Below are positions 19,321-28,599 of a stretch of 64,000 nt of DNA, one piece after another. The DNA is taken from assembly GCA_902515775.1 (NCBI GenBank), contig CABXVU010000003.1, forward strand, positions 32,348-96,347. Direction: 5' to 3'. The position numbers were made by a program, and so were the translations under genes. The stretch's first letter is position 1; every line of letters begins with the position of its first letter. This DNA comes from an uncultured SAR86 cluster bacterium. GTDB taxonomy: Bacteria > Pseudomonadota > Gammaproteobacteria > Magnimaribacterales > D2472. Below the pieces are notes generated by a model. That model saw only the letters and a list, made by a program, of their open reading frames with translations. It was not told the origin of the DNA and did no database searches.

Positions 19321-21026
19321 AATTCCTGTCCTTTTCCTAAATTTTGGCCTATTCTTCTCCCAGAAAAAATACAATCAGCTATTGAAAGCCCAGATACATA
19401 GATATTTGAACAGATTCCAATTGCAGTTCTACCTGCTGCATATAAACCTTTAATTTCGTTTTTGTTTTGATCCAAGACTTCACCTGTTTCTTCATTTACC
19501 ATTAAACCCCCGAGGGTTAAAGTGGTTAATGGTGCCAGCTTTGAATCAATAGAAATATCCATAATATAAAAAGGACCCTTAAGGAATTTAACATCTGTCG
19601 CAGCCTTACCATATTCACAAGGGATACCTGAATTAGCTGCCTCATTATATTTACTTACTTCAGATATAAGATTTTCTGCTGGGAGATCATAAACCTTTGC
19701 AATGTCTTCAAGTGTTGTCTTCTTTTTGGCATTGAAATACATCAACATTTTAGCCATGTCCCTTTGAAAAGGCAGAGCTTTGTTTGCTTGCTCTTTAGAC
19801 TCTATAAATAATTCTGCACTTAGTATTAAGTATGCTTTACCCTCATTGTCCTCGCACATGGCATCTCCAAGAGTTGCACCATAAACCATCTCATTACAAA
19901 ATCTTTGTCCATGCTTATTCACTACAATACCTTGTGCAAATGCAAGGGGAGGGTTTAAAAATCTCCAAGCAGTTACTCGATTCATATGATCTGTCTTTCC
20001 ACCAACGCTTTGACCTAGTCTAATTCCGCACCCCTGATCATTAGATGTGCCCAATGGCATTCCAGCATAGTACTTAGGAGCATACTCTTTGACCATTTGA
20101 CGATTAAAAATAAAACCACCTGTTGAAAGACAAACACCCTTTTTTGCTCTTATGTATTTAACTTCCCTAAAGTTGTCTTCAATTTTCATTGCTTTTTTAA
20201 TAAAAAAACTCCCAATAAGCTGTAATAGATTAGATCCTGGATACGATGGCGGTAGGAGCATTTGGAACATTTCGCCTCGTGAAACAAGTTTTTTATGCTT
20301 TTCTGCAAGTTTTCCAGATGGAAGCATCAACACTTTCATTCCAACAACTCTACCTTCGGAAGTGATAACCAGTGATCTTGCTTCTGTTTGTGGGAAAATT
20401 TTTAATCCTTTTTTTAAAGCAGATTTTTTTAATGGATAATAAATAGTTCCACCGACTCCAATAGGCCGGAATGGACCTTCCTCAAAGCCTCTGTGGCCTC
20501 TGGGAGCTGGAATAGATTTCTCCATATATGATGGAACCAATGAGTTGTCTGAATGGTATAAAAAGTATCCTGCGCCTGGATAACTGGTTTTAATTTTATA
20601 ATAGGAGGGATCAAATTGAACGCCATTATCCATCAACCATTGAGTATTCTCAGCCGAAGTATCACAAAAGTTTTTTAATGTAGATTTTTTAACTATATCT
20701 CCAGTTTCTTGAATAAGATAATTAAACATATTTTTAGCAGAATCTTCTACGCCAGCAGCAATTTGGATAGGGGTCCCACCACCTGCGTAATACACGCCAC
20801 CACTTTTTGCTGTTGCGCCACCACCATTTGTCTTATCAATTCCAATAACCGTGAGACCTTGATCTAATGCTTCATTAGCAGCCGCAATACCTGCACCCCC
20901 CAAGCCAGCGATCACCAGATCTGCCTCATCATCCCATGCAAATAAATTTGCATCGGTAATAATTTGAGGCGCTTCAACCTTTGAAAGCCAAAGTTCGTCG
21001 TTTGGATTAATTTCAGTTACCAGCAT
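19317..21026 (-). CDS. FAD-dependent oxidoreductase, 3-ketosteroid-delta1-dehydrogenase / fumarate-reductase flavoprotein-like
   Basis: N-terminal dinucleotide fold DLVIAGLGGAGIAAANEA and C-terminal GLYAAGRTA. Confidence 0.75.
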   Translation of the reverse strand: MLVTEINPNDELWLSKVEAPQIITDANLFAWDDEADLVIAGLGGAGIAAANEALDQGLTVIGIDKTNGGGATAKSGGVYYAGGGTPIQIAAGVEDSAKNMFNYLIQETGDIVKKSTLKNFCDTSAENTQWLMDNGVQFDPSYYKIKTSYPGAGYFLYHSDNSLVPSYMEKSIPAPRGHRGFEEGPFRPIGVGGTIYYPLKKSALKKGLKIFPQTEARSLVITSEGRVVGMKVLMLPSGKLAEKHKKLVSRGEMFQMLLPPSYPGSNLLQLIGSFFIKKAMKIEDNFREVKYIRAKKGVCLSTGGFIFNRQMVKEYAPKYYAGMPLGTSNDQGCGIRLGQSVGGKTDHMNRVTAWRFLNPPLAFAQGIVVNKHGQRFCNEMVYGATLGDAMCEDNEGKAYLILSAELFIESKEQANKALPFQRDMAKMLMYFNAKKKTTLEDIAKVYDLPAENLISEVSKYNEAANSGIPCEYGKAATDVKFLKGPFYIMDISIDSKLAPLTTLTLGGLMVNEETGEVLDQNKNEIKGLYAAGRTAIGICSNIYVSGLSIADCIFSGRRIGQNLGKGQEL

Positions 21027-21780
21027 TTAAATCCGCAGTTTTTCCACCATCTACAACTAGACTTGCTCCAGTAATAAATGATGCATCAGAGCTTAACAAG
21101 AAAGCTATAGGGTTAGCTATCTCTATTGGTTCAGCAATTCTTTTTAAAGGTATAGTTTTAATAGTGTTAGCCATCATATCATCGTCTGGTATTGCACGTT
21201 TTGTTGCAGGTGTATCTACAGCACCTGGAATAATGGAATTTACTCTTACGTGAGGAGCACCTTCTACAGCACTTGCCCGAGAGAAATTAATTAAACCTGC
21301 CTTTGCTGCTCCATACGCAGACATATATTCAACTCCTTTAAGGCCAACAACAGATGCGACATTCACAATTGAGCCTTTCTTTGCATCAATCATCCAAGGC
21401 AAAACAGTCTTAGTTGTAAGAAAAACAGCATCTAAATTAGCTTTAAAGTTAGTTTTCCACGCAGCAAGATCAAGGTCTACAATTTTTCCCACATGAATAG
21501 ATGGCGCGTTATTTACCAGTCCATCAATCTTGCCACAAGAAGAGTAAACACTCTGAAGCGATTCAACGATTTCAGATTCATTACTAACATCAATGTTATG
21601 AGCTATTACATTAGATGAAATTTTATGAAGTTTCTTTTGTGCATTCGAAAGGGTTTCATTGCTCCTTCCTGTAATTACTACAGTCGCACCTTTTTTTAAG
21701 AGTAGTTCAGCTGATGCAAATCCTATTCCAGCTGTCGCACCAGTAATGTAAATGACCTCGTTGTTAAATGCTTCTTTCAT
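21013..21780 (-). CDS. SDR family oxidoreductase
   Basis: TGATAGIGF, NNAP, and YGAAKAG (Y-x3-K). Confidence 0.9.
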   Translation of the reverse strand: MKEAFNNEVIYITGATAGIGFASAELLLKKGATVVITGRSNETLSNAQKKLHKISSNVIAHNIDVSNESEIVESLQSVYSSCGKIDGLVNNAPSIHVGKIVDLDLAAWKTNFKANLDAVFLTTKTVLPWMIDAKKGSIVNVASVVGLKGVEYMSAYGAAKAGLINFSRASAVEGAPHVRVNSIIPGAVDTPATKRAIPDDDMMANTIKTIPLKRIAEPIEIANPIAFLLSSDASFITGASLVVDGGKTADLNAGN

Positions 21781-21797
21781 GCTCCCCCAAAAAAAGA

Positions 21798-24296
21798 TTA
21801 TATTTTAAAATCAAATCCTAAAGAAACATACCAATAATCATCCATGTATTTAATGTGATACGGATCCGATTTGTAACCTAGCGCAACGCCATAATTTAAA
21901 ATTTTATATGAGAATGAATATTCTAACTTTGAATTAATTTCTCTTCCGCTTGGACTTAAATTAATATCCAGTGAATTAAATAAGACATTCTTCTTTTTAG
22001 TTCTGTAGACAGGAACTTCAAGATTCAAATTACCTGATTCGACTCTAATTGGCTGATCGATGGTCAAAGTTAACAGATCATTTTTCTGGAAAATAGAACT
22101 TATTAAATAACCTAGACCAAATGAAGATGAGCGAATATCATTTATTACTGAAATCATTCCTCTTTCGTTTTTACTATCAGCAGTTTGGCCCCAGTACACA
22201 GATCCAAAAAGCTTACCGCCAAACGCATCCATTGAATTAGTGATGCCTAAAAAGCTAGTTAATTGGTTGCCCTGACCATTTAAAGCACCTGATCCACTGA
22301 GACCCATTTGAGAGTCATTTTCTTTTAATAATCCAAGTTGAAATGATGGGATACCAAGATTTGTTTGAAGTTCAATCATTGCAAGAGAGCTTGTATTGGT
22401 GTCACCAAATATTTCATTAGACTGAAATTTATTTCTGCCACTTGAAATCGTTAAAGCTACATTAAAATTTTCATCGATATCTTTGATGGATCCTATAGAA
22501 GTACCAGCTGCTGTGAAATTCATCCATGGATTATTAAATTTAGACCTAAGATTGATTTTAGATCTTAAGAATTCGTCCTGGAAAATGCCCAATACCCAGC
22601 CAGCGTTAATTCCGTGAGACATGAAAGTATTTTTTTCGTAATTAAAATATGCAAAGTATTGATCATTATCCGATTTAATATTTAGTAAATGATAGGGTGT
22701 TATCAGTTCGTTGCTATGATTTGAATAAGACGACAACCCAACCTGGAAAAAACTTTCCTCAGTAATAGAGGTTTTAGTATTGTAATTATCCATCTCAGCA
22801 TAACCATTTAGATTCGTGATTTGATTTCTATAGTCTGAAATAATGCCTGCTAGAGGTCTTCGAAACGGAGCTTGGAGTTCATCAAAAAATATTACAGTTT
22901 CATTATTTATACCTCTGGAAATTGAGTCTCCAAACGATGGATTGGTAAGATGAATGGAGGTAAAAGCGGCTGATGTCATTGGTCCTGACAAGTTATTTCC
23001 AAGCATTGCACTAACTTGACCTACTGGAGCAGTTGCTGCCGCAAGATCCATCAGTCCATGTCCATATATTTCAGGATTACTGTAAATACCATCTTTGTTA
23101 GCTGTTGTAAAAAGTCTATCTACCAGTTCAGTATTACCAAGCTGACCTTCAAAATGTTGAGCGATTACAGCCAAACCACCAGTTACAAATGGAGCTGCAA
23201 AGGAGGTTCCACCTGCAACTGCATAACAAGAGTTATCTTCAACACAGCCGTTATACTCTGGATCTGTCCTATCGCCTGTATATATTCCATAATCATCAGC
23301 AGAAGTTGGATATGCGACTGTTACGCTTCCTCCTGGAGCTGCAATACAATAGTCTTTAGAAACTCCACATCTACTTGAAAAATCACTTATCTCACCTTCT
23401 TCATTAATCGAAACAACGGCAATTGAGTGGCCTTGAATTTCCTCTATGAAGTAGGCCATACCTGGAAGTAGTTCTGGATGGAAATAGTCAACCCCTTGAT
23501 CTGCATAGGAGCCAGCATTTCCAGCCGCCCAAACATAGATAGTTTTGTCTTCATCTGGAGTATCAATTTGAGACATTTCGAGAATAGTTTTTGGAAAAGC
23601 AGTTCTGACTTGAGATTCCGTATAGTCAATAATATTTCCAGAAAAACCGTAACTATTATTTACAATATCTACGTCATAAAAATTATAAAATTCAAACAAA
23701 GAACTAAAAAAATTATCTATTCCAGCAAACTCTGCTTCTAAGCCATCAGAATTGGTAACTTCTCCACTTGAATCAGTTTCTCCAAGGTCAATGGGATCAT
23801 ACTCTGGATCTGGTTCAGCTAATTGAATAGCTACAAAGAGAACTCGAGAATCAAATGCAACACCATGCATTGGAGTTTGATTATTTTTATCTAAAGTCCC
23901 TGCTGTAATAGAGGTGACCATAGTTCCATGTCTTTTTTGTCTAGTATTTGGAATATAATTTGAGTACTCCAAATCGCTATCAGGTGAAATCCTTGCTTGA
24001 TCTATTTCAGAGTGAGTAACATCAAGTCCAGAATCAGTAATACCAATGGTTATGCCTGCTCCAGTCGCTCCTCTTGCATAGGCTGAAGATGCGTTCACTG
24101 CTCCTAGGCCCCAATGTCTTCTATATTCATAGTAACCCTCAAAATCTGCTTTTAATTCGTCAAATGTTGGTGTAGCTGGAGCGGGTGGGGGGGTTGGAGC
24201 CACTGATATTGTTGGTGTTGGCTCTGAACCACCACCACCACCACCGCATGCAAATAAGAAGAGTATGACAAGCAAGGAAGTTCTGTTTTTTAGCAT
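21798..24296 (-). CDS. subtilisin-like (S8) serine peptidase autotransporter with a lipoprotein signal (NalP/SphB1-like architecture)
   Basis: Lipobox LFLFAC followed by a Gly6 and Pro/Thr linker. Catalytic triad contexts are ITDSGLD (Asp), HGTMVTS (His) and GGTSFAAPFVTG (Ser). The C-terminal region of about 280 aa shows a beta-barrel-like alternating pattern. Confidence 0.8.
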   Translation of the reverse strand: MLKNRTSLLVILFLFACGGGGGGSEPTPTISVAPTPPPAPATPTFDELKADFEGYYEYRRHWGLGAVNASSAYARGATGAGITIGITDSGLDVTHSEIDQARISPDSDLEYSNYIPNTRQKRHGTMVTSITAGTLDKNNQTPMHGVAFDSRVLFVAIQLAEPDPEYDPIDLGETDSSGEVTNSDGLEAEFAGIDNFFSSLFEFYNFYDVDIVNNSYGFSGNIIDYTESQVRTAFPKTILEMSQIDTPDEDKTIYVWAAGNAGSYADQGVDYFHPELLPGMAYFIEEIQGHSIAVVSINEEGEISDFSSRCGVSKDYCIAAPGGSVTVAYPTSADDYGIYTGDRTDPEYNGCVEDNSCYAVAGGTSFAAPFVTGGLAVIAQHFEGQLGNTELVDRLFTTANKDGIYSNPEIYGHGLMDLAAATAPVGQVSAMLGNNLSGPMTSAAFTSIHLTNPSFGDSISRGINNETVIFFDELQAPFRRPLAGIISDYRNQITNLNGYAEMDNYNTKTSITEESFFQVGLSSYSNHSNELITPYHLLNIKSDNDQYFAYFNYEKNTFMSHGINAGWVLGIFQDEFLRSKINLRSKFNNPWMNFTAAGTSIGSIKDIDENFNVALTISSGRNKFQSNEIFGDTNTSSLAMIELQTNLGIPSFQLGLLKENDSQMGLSGSGALNGQGNQLTSFLGITNSMDAFGGKLFGSVYWGQTADSKNERGMISVINDIRSSSFGLGYLISSIFQKNDLLTLTIDQPIRVESGNLNLEVPVYRTKKKNVLFNSLDINLSPSGREINSKLEYSFSYKILNYGVALGYKSDPYHIKYMDDYWYVSLGFDFKI

Positions 24297-24333
24297 AATA
24301 GTTTACGATTGTAATAAATTTTATACTTCTATT

Positions 24334-26043
24334 ATGACAGATAAATACACAGAAACTCTAGAACGATTAACTGCTTCTGATCAAGTTTTTGCCTTTCATG
24401 AGGAGTTGCATGATTCAGGCATCACTTATCGTGAATTTACCAATGCGCCTAAAACATTAACTGCTTTTTTTGAGTTTGGATTACTTTTCCCAGAGTGGGA
24501 ATTTATTGTTTTTAATGATGAACGATATTCATTTCAAGATATACATAAGAAGGCTGCCCAAACTGCTAATGCATTAAAAGATGTTGGAGTTAAAAAGGGT
24601 GATCGTGTGGCTATCTGCATGGCAAATAACCCTGAGTACATTATTTCTTTTATGGCCATAACCTCCATGGGAGCAGTTTGTGTTCTTTTAAATTCTTGGT
24701 GGGTGCCCAGTGAAATTTCATATGGCTTAGAAAATTCCGAGGCATCAATTCTAATTGGAGATCAAAAACGTCTACAGGGATTAGAAAAATTCACTGATCT
24801 CAAAAAAATCATCGTAAGGCCTGAAACTAATGATCATGGTTTCACAGATTTTAATACTTTCATTAAATCAAAATCAGATGAGTTTAAAAGCACAGTTGAA
24901 ACAAATGATTATGCAACTATCTTTTATACTTCAGGTTCTACAGGTTTTCCGAAAGGAGTCCTCTCAAGTCACCGTAACATTTTAGCAACTCTTTTTAGTT
25001 GGGCACTAGTTACCACCTTAAAGCGAGAGGTTGAAGCTGCTGAAAATCAAACTGAAACATTAGAGAAAACAGAAACAACTCCAACAAATCAATCTGCAAT
25101 TCTGCATTGCGTCCCATTGTTTCATGTCACCGGAAGTCACTCTGGCTTTCTGATGAGCATTATTGCAGGAAGAAAAATGGTGATGATGCCTAAGTGGGAT
25201 CCAACTGCGGCATTGCAACTTATTCAAGATGAAAAAATAGGCGCCATAACAGGAGTCCCTACCCAAACTTGGGACTTGTTAACTCATCCAGATAGAGAAA
25301 AATATGACCTTTCAACTTTTAAAGAGCTCAGTGGGGGCGGTGCACCTAGGCCTCCAGAGCATGTAAAAAAATTAAAAGATGGTTTTAAAGACAGTGAGCC
25401 TTCAATAGGTTATGGCCTTACAGAGACAAATGCAGCTGGCACATTAAACTTAGGTAAAGATTACCTCAACCATCCTGGTAGCTGTGGAAGAGCCATACCC
25501 CCAGTAACAGACGTTGCGATAATCGATGAGAATTGGAATTTTTTAGATGAACCTAAAGCAATTGGAGAAATTGTCATTAAAAGTCCTGCCAACATGGTCG
25601 GATATTGGAAAAACGAAGAAGCAACCAAAGAGGTTTTTAATGATGATGGTTGGTTTAAATCTGGTGATCTAGGCTACATCGATGATGGATTTGTCTACAT
25701 TGTTGATCGAGTAAAAGATATGGTAATTAGAGGTGGCGAAAACATTTCATGCATTGAAGTTGAAACTGCTATTTACGATCATCCATCCGTGCAAGAGGCA
25801 GCAGTATTTGGTATTCCAGAAGAGCGATTAGGAGAATCTCTTTGCGTTGCAATATGCTTGAAACCATCAATGAACCTTACTCAAGCTGAGCTAGAAAGTT
25901 TCTTGCAAGACAAACTCGCATCATTCAAAATACCTTCAATTATGCAAATTGGTCATGAAGAACTTCCAAGAGTTGCTTCAGGAAAGTTCTCTAAGACACA
26001 ATTGCGCGACGTTTTTGTGTCCATTGAGAAAAATCAATCATAA
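24334..26043 (+). CDS. AMP-dependent acyl-CoA synthetase/ligase
   Basis: YTSGSTGFPKGV, GYGLTETNA, and the C-terminal SGKFSK lysine. The ATG at 24334 (MTDKYTE) is preferred, because the track start at 24265 overlaps the divergent protease gene. Confidence 0.9.
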   Translation: MTDKYTETLERLTASDQVFAFHEELHDSGITYREFTNAPKTLTAFFEFGLLFPEWEFIVFNDERYSFQDIHKKAAQTANALKDVGVKKGDRVAICMANNPEYIISFMAITSMGAVCVLLNSWWVPSEISYGLENSEASILIGDQKRLQGLEKFTDLKKIIVRPETNDHGFTDFNTFIKSKSDEFKSTVETNDYATIFYTSGSTGFPKGVLSSHRNILATLFSWALVTTLKREVEAAENQTETLEKTETTPTNQSAILHCVPLFHVTGSHSGFLMSIIAGRKMVMMPKWDPTAALQLIQDEKIGAITGVPTQTWDLLTHPDREKYDLSTFKELSGGGAPRPPEHVKKLKDGFKDSEPSIGYGLTETNAAGTLNLGKDYLNHPGSCGRAIPPVTDVAIIDENWNFLDEPKAIGEIVIKSPANMVGYWKNEEATKEVFNDDGWFKSGDLGYIDDGFVYIVDRVKDMVIRGGENISCIEVETAIYDHPSVQEAAVFGIPEERLGESLCVAICLKPSMNLTQAELESFLQDKLASFKIPSIMQIGHEELPRVASGKFSKTQLRDVFVSIEKNQS

Positions 26044-26101
26044 TGCGATTAACTCTCACTAAATTTTATTGTATAAAGGGATTTTAAATTAGTAAGTAAA
26101 T

Positions 26102-26797
26102 ATGTCATCTCAGGTTTTAATTATTGAAGACGAACCGGATATTCGAAAAACAATTGATTACAATTTAACTAAAGAGTCTTTTAAAGTAGTTCAGGCCGGA
26201 TCAATAGAAGAGGGTGAAAAAGCTCTAGTTTCAAATCAAATAGACGTAATCATTTTAGATTTAATGTTGCCGGATGGTTCAGGTCTTACCTTATGTCGTG
26301 ATATTAAATCCGATGATAAAACAAAGCATATTCCTATTATTATCCTAACTGCCAAGACCGAAGAAGTTGATAGAGTTGTTGGTTTTGAATTAGGTGCAGA
26401 TGATTATGTAACAAAACCATTTAGTGTAAGAGAATTAATTCTGAGAGTTAAAGCTATTTTAAAGAGAGGCCCTACATCTAATAAAAATCCTGAAGACGAT
26501 GAGTATTCATTTGGTGAGTTGACCTTAAATTTTGAGGCACATCAAGCCTATATCAATGGAAATGAGATCTCTCTTACTGCTTTAGAATTTAGATTGTTGA
26601 AGCATTTGATTGATAGAAAAGGCAGAGTGCAAACAAGAGATCAGCTCCTCGAAGATGTATGGGGATACAGTTCCGATGTAACAACAAGGACTGTTGATAC
26701 TCACATCAAGCGTTTACGGGAAAAACTTGGATCGGTCGGCAATCATATTCAAACCATACGTGGTGTAGGTTACAGATTTTCTAGAGATCCAGATTAA
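26102..26797 (+). CDS. phoB: OmpR-family response regulator, PhoB-like
   Basis: Receiver domain DVIILDLMLPDGSG and winged helix TRTVDTHIKRLREKLG. The gene name rests on context (adjacent kinase, ppx, ppk2 and a Pho box nearby). Confidence 0.7.
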   Translation: MSSQVLIIEDEPDIRKTIDYNLTKESFKVVQAGSIEEGEKALVSNQIDVIILDLMLPDGSGLTLCRDIKSDDKTKHIPIIILTAKTEEVDRVVGFELGADDYVTKPFSVRELILRVKAILKRGPTSNKNPEDDEYSFGELTLNFEAHQAYINGNEISLTALEFRLLKHLIDRKGRVQTRDQLLEDVWGYSSDVTTRTVDTHIKRLREKLGSVGNHIQTIRGVGYRFSRDPD

Positions 26798-26802
26798 TTA
26801 AT

Positions 26803-28560
26803 ATGGGCATTCGCACCCGCATTTTTTTTATCACTCTTTCATGCCTTTTCATAGGAATCTCACTTTCATTTGTTGTTGCTGAAAGAGATTTATCTCTTAA
26901 GCTTCAAGATCAAATTGAAACAGAGCTTTCTAGACAAGCGAAGATCTTAAGAAAATCAATTGCTAACATTATAGATGCCGGTGACTTTTATAAATTAAAA
27001 GTTCAAATAGATGAATATGCTGCAGCCTCAGATTCACGAATTACCATTATTTTACAAGATGGTTATGTAATAGTTGACTCAGATGTGGAAGCTAGCAAAA
27101 TTGATGATCTTGATAATCACAGCGATAGACCTGAAATTATTTCTGCATTCAAAAATGGTTATGGATCTAGCAAGAGATATAGCTCTACAGTTAAGAAAGA
27201 AATGTTCTATTTTGCACTGTTAGATAGTTCAAATGATGCAGAGAAAGTTATTCGAATATCAGTTCCTTATGAAAGTTTAGATCAGATTTTGGCCTCGCTG
27301 GGCAATTCAATTACTCTTATAGTTGTTGTTGGACTAATTGTTGCAATCATAGCAAGTGTTTTAGCTGGGGATTATATTCGTAGTAGCTTTATGGATCTTG
27401 AAAAAGCTGCAGCTGATATTTCTGCAGGAAGTTATAAGAAAAAAGATTTAGAATCTCTTCCGATCAAACGCTCGGATGAAATCGGTTCTATGGCAAGAAA
27501 TATTTCTACTATTTCGTCAAACTTAAGAGAACAAATTTCTTTAATCGCAAAGCAACGAGATCAGTTTGGATTGGTCCTGGATGGTTTAGGTGAGGGAATC
27601 ATGGTTCTTGATGAAGATGGAACTATCACTTTTAGAAATGATCAGATAATGCAAATTCTGGGATTGGATGAAATCTTGAATAAATCTATCGCTGATCTAA
27701 ATTTACCGCCTTTGAAACAAATATTTAAAAAAGCTTTAAAGAAGGGTCAACATGAAAGTGAATTTGAGATTGATACTGATGGCGATGATACAAAATGGAT
27801 ATTGGCTCACATGAATAAAGCCAAGGCAACGCGAGAATTAATTTTAGTTGTACACGAAACAACTCAGCTTCGAGAGATGGATTCAATGCGAAGAGACTTC
27901 GTTTCGAACTTATCACACGAACTAAGGACTCCAGTAAGTGTAATTAAAGCAAATTCAGAAACATTATTGGATGGGGCGCTAGAGAATTCCAAAGATGCAA
28001 AAACATTTTCAAAAGCTATCTTACATAATGCAGATCGTTTGAGTGAAATGGTGACATCTCTGATTGATTTATCACGTATTGAATATGGAGATTTAAAATT
28101 TGTAATAGAACCAATAATTATCAATCAAGTTGTTGATACTGTTATTTCATCATTTACAAATAAAGCAAAAAGAAAAAATATTAAATTAGTTTTTAATCGA
28201 CAAAGTGATGTTGTTGTTCAAACTGATGCTAAGGCAATTGAAAGAGTGCTTAATAATTTGGTAGATAATGCATTCAAATATAGCTCAGAAAATACAGTAA
28301 TTGAGATTAGAGCAAGAAAGCAGTCGAATTTTATTCGAATTTCAGTTCTTGACTCTGGAGAGGGAGTTCCTGAAGAAGAACAAAGATTTGTTTTCAAGAG
28401 ATTTTATAGGACAGCTAAAGTAAGAGCTAATACTAAACAGGGTAGTGGATTAGGCCTAGCGATAGTTAGGAATCTCGTTAATAATTTACAAGGTGAAGTT
28501 GGAGTCGAGTCGAGAAAAGAGGGCGGCTCTGAATTTTGGTTCACCATACCTCTCTCATAG
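26803..28560 (+). CDS. phoR: sensor histidine kinase, PhoR-like (TM-periplasmic-TM-HAMP-PAS-HisKA-HATPase)
   Basis: H-box SHELRTPVSVI, G2 box GSGLGLAIV, and two TM segments bracketing about 140 aa. Confidence 0.65.
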   Translation: MGIRTRIFFITLSCLFIGISLSFVVAERDLSLKLQDQIETELSRQAKILRKSIANIIDAGDFYKLKVQIDEYAAASDSRITIILQDGYVIVDSDVEASKIDDLDNHSDRPEIISAFKNGYGSSKRYSSTVKKEMFYFALLDSSNDAEKVIRISVPYESLDQILASLGNSITLIVVVGLIVAIIASVLAGDYIRSSFMDLEKAAADISAGSYKKKDLESLPIKRSDEIGSMARNISTISSNLREQISLIAKQRDQFGLVLDGLGEGIMVLDEDGTITFRNDQIMQILGLDEILNKSIADLNLPPLKQIFKKALKKGQHESEFEIDTDGDDTKWILAHMNKAKATRELILVVHETTQLREMDSMRRDFVSNLSHELRTPVSVIKANSETLLDGALENSKDAKTFSKAILHNADRLSEMVTSLIDLSRIEYGDLKFVIEPIIINQVVDTVISSFTNKAKRKNIKLVFNRQSDVVVQTDAKAIERVLNNLVDNAFKYSSENTVIEIRARKQSNFIRISVLDSGEGVPEEEQRFVFKRFYRTAKVRANTKQGSGLGLAIVRNLVNNLQGEVGVESRKEGGSEFWFTIPLS

Positions 28561-28599
28561 TTATTTTTATAATAATAAGAAAAAACTAGGATTTATATA

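Noticed and set aside
23016-23741. 120-aa and 87-aa plus-strand ORFs, and a 61-aa minus-strand alternative-frame ORF, inside the protease gene
   Set aside because: They are antisense to, or out of frame with, a gene that has a complete S8 catalytic triad. The products are Cys/Ile/Ser-rich nonsense composition.
24181-24250. GC-rich run (ggggggg / accaccaccaccacc) that looked like a simple-sequence repeat or a phase-variation tract
   Set aside because: It encodes the Gly6 and Pro/Thr linker directly after the lipobox cysteine of the autotransporter, so it is a coding low-complexity linker. Slippage-based phase variation cannot be excluded, but nothing in the sequence supports it.
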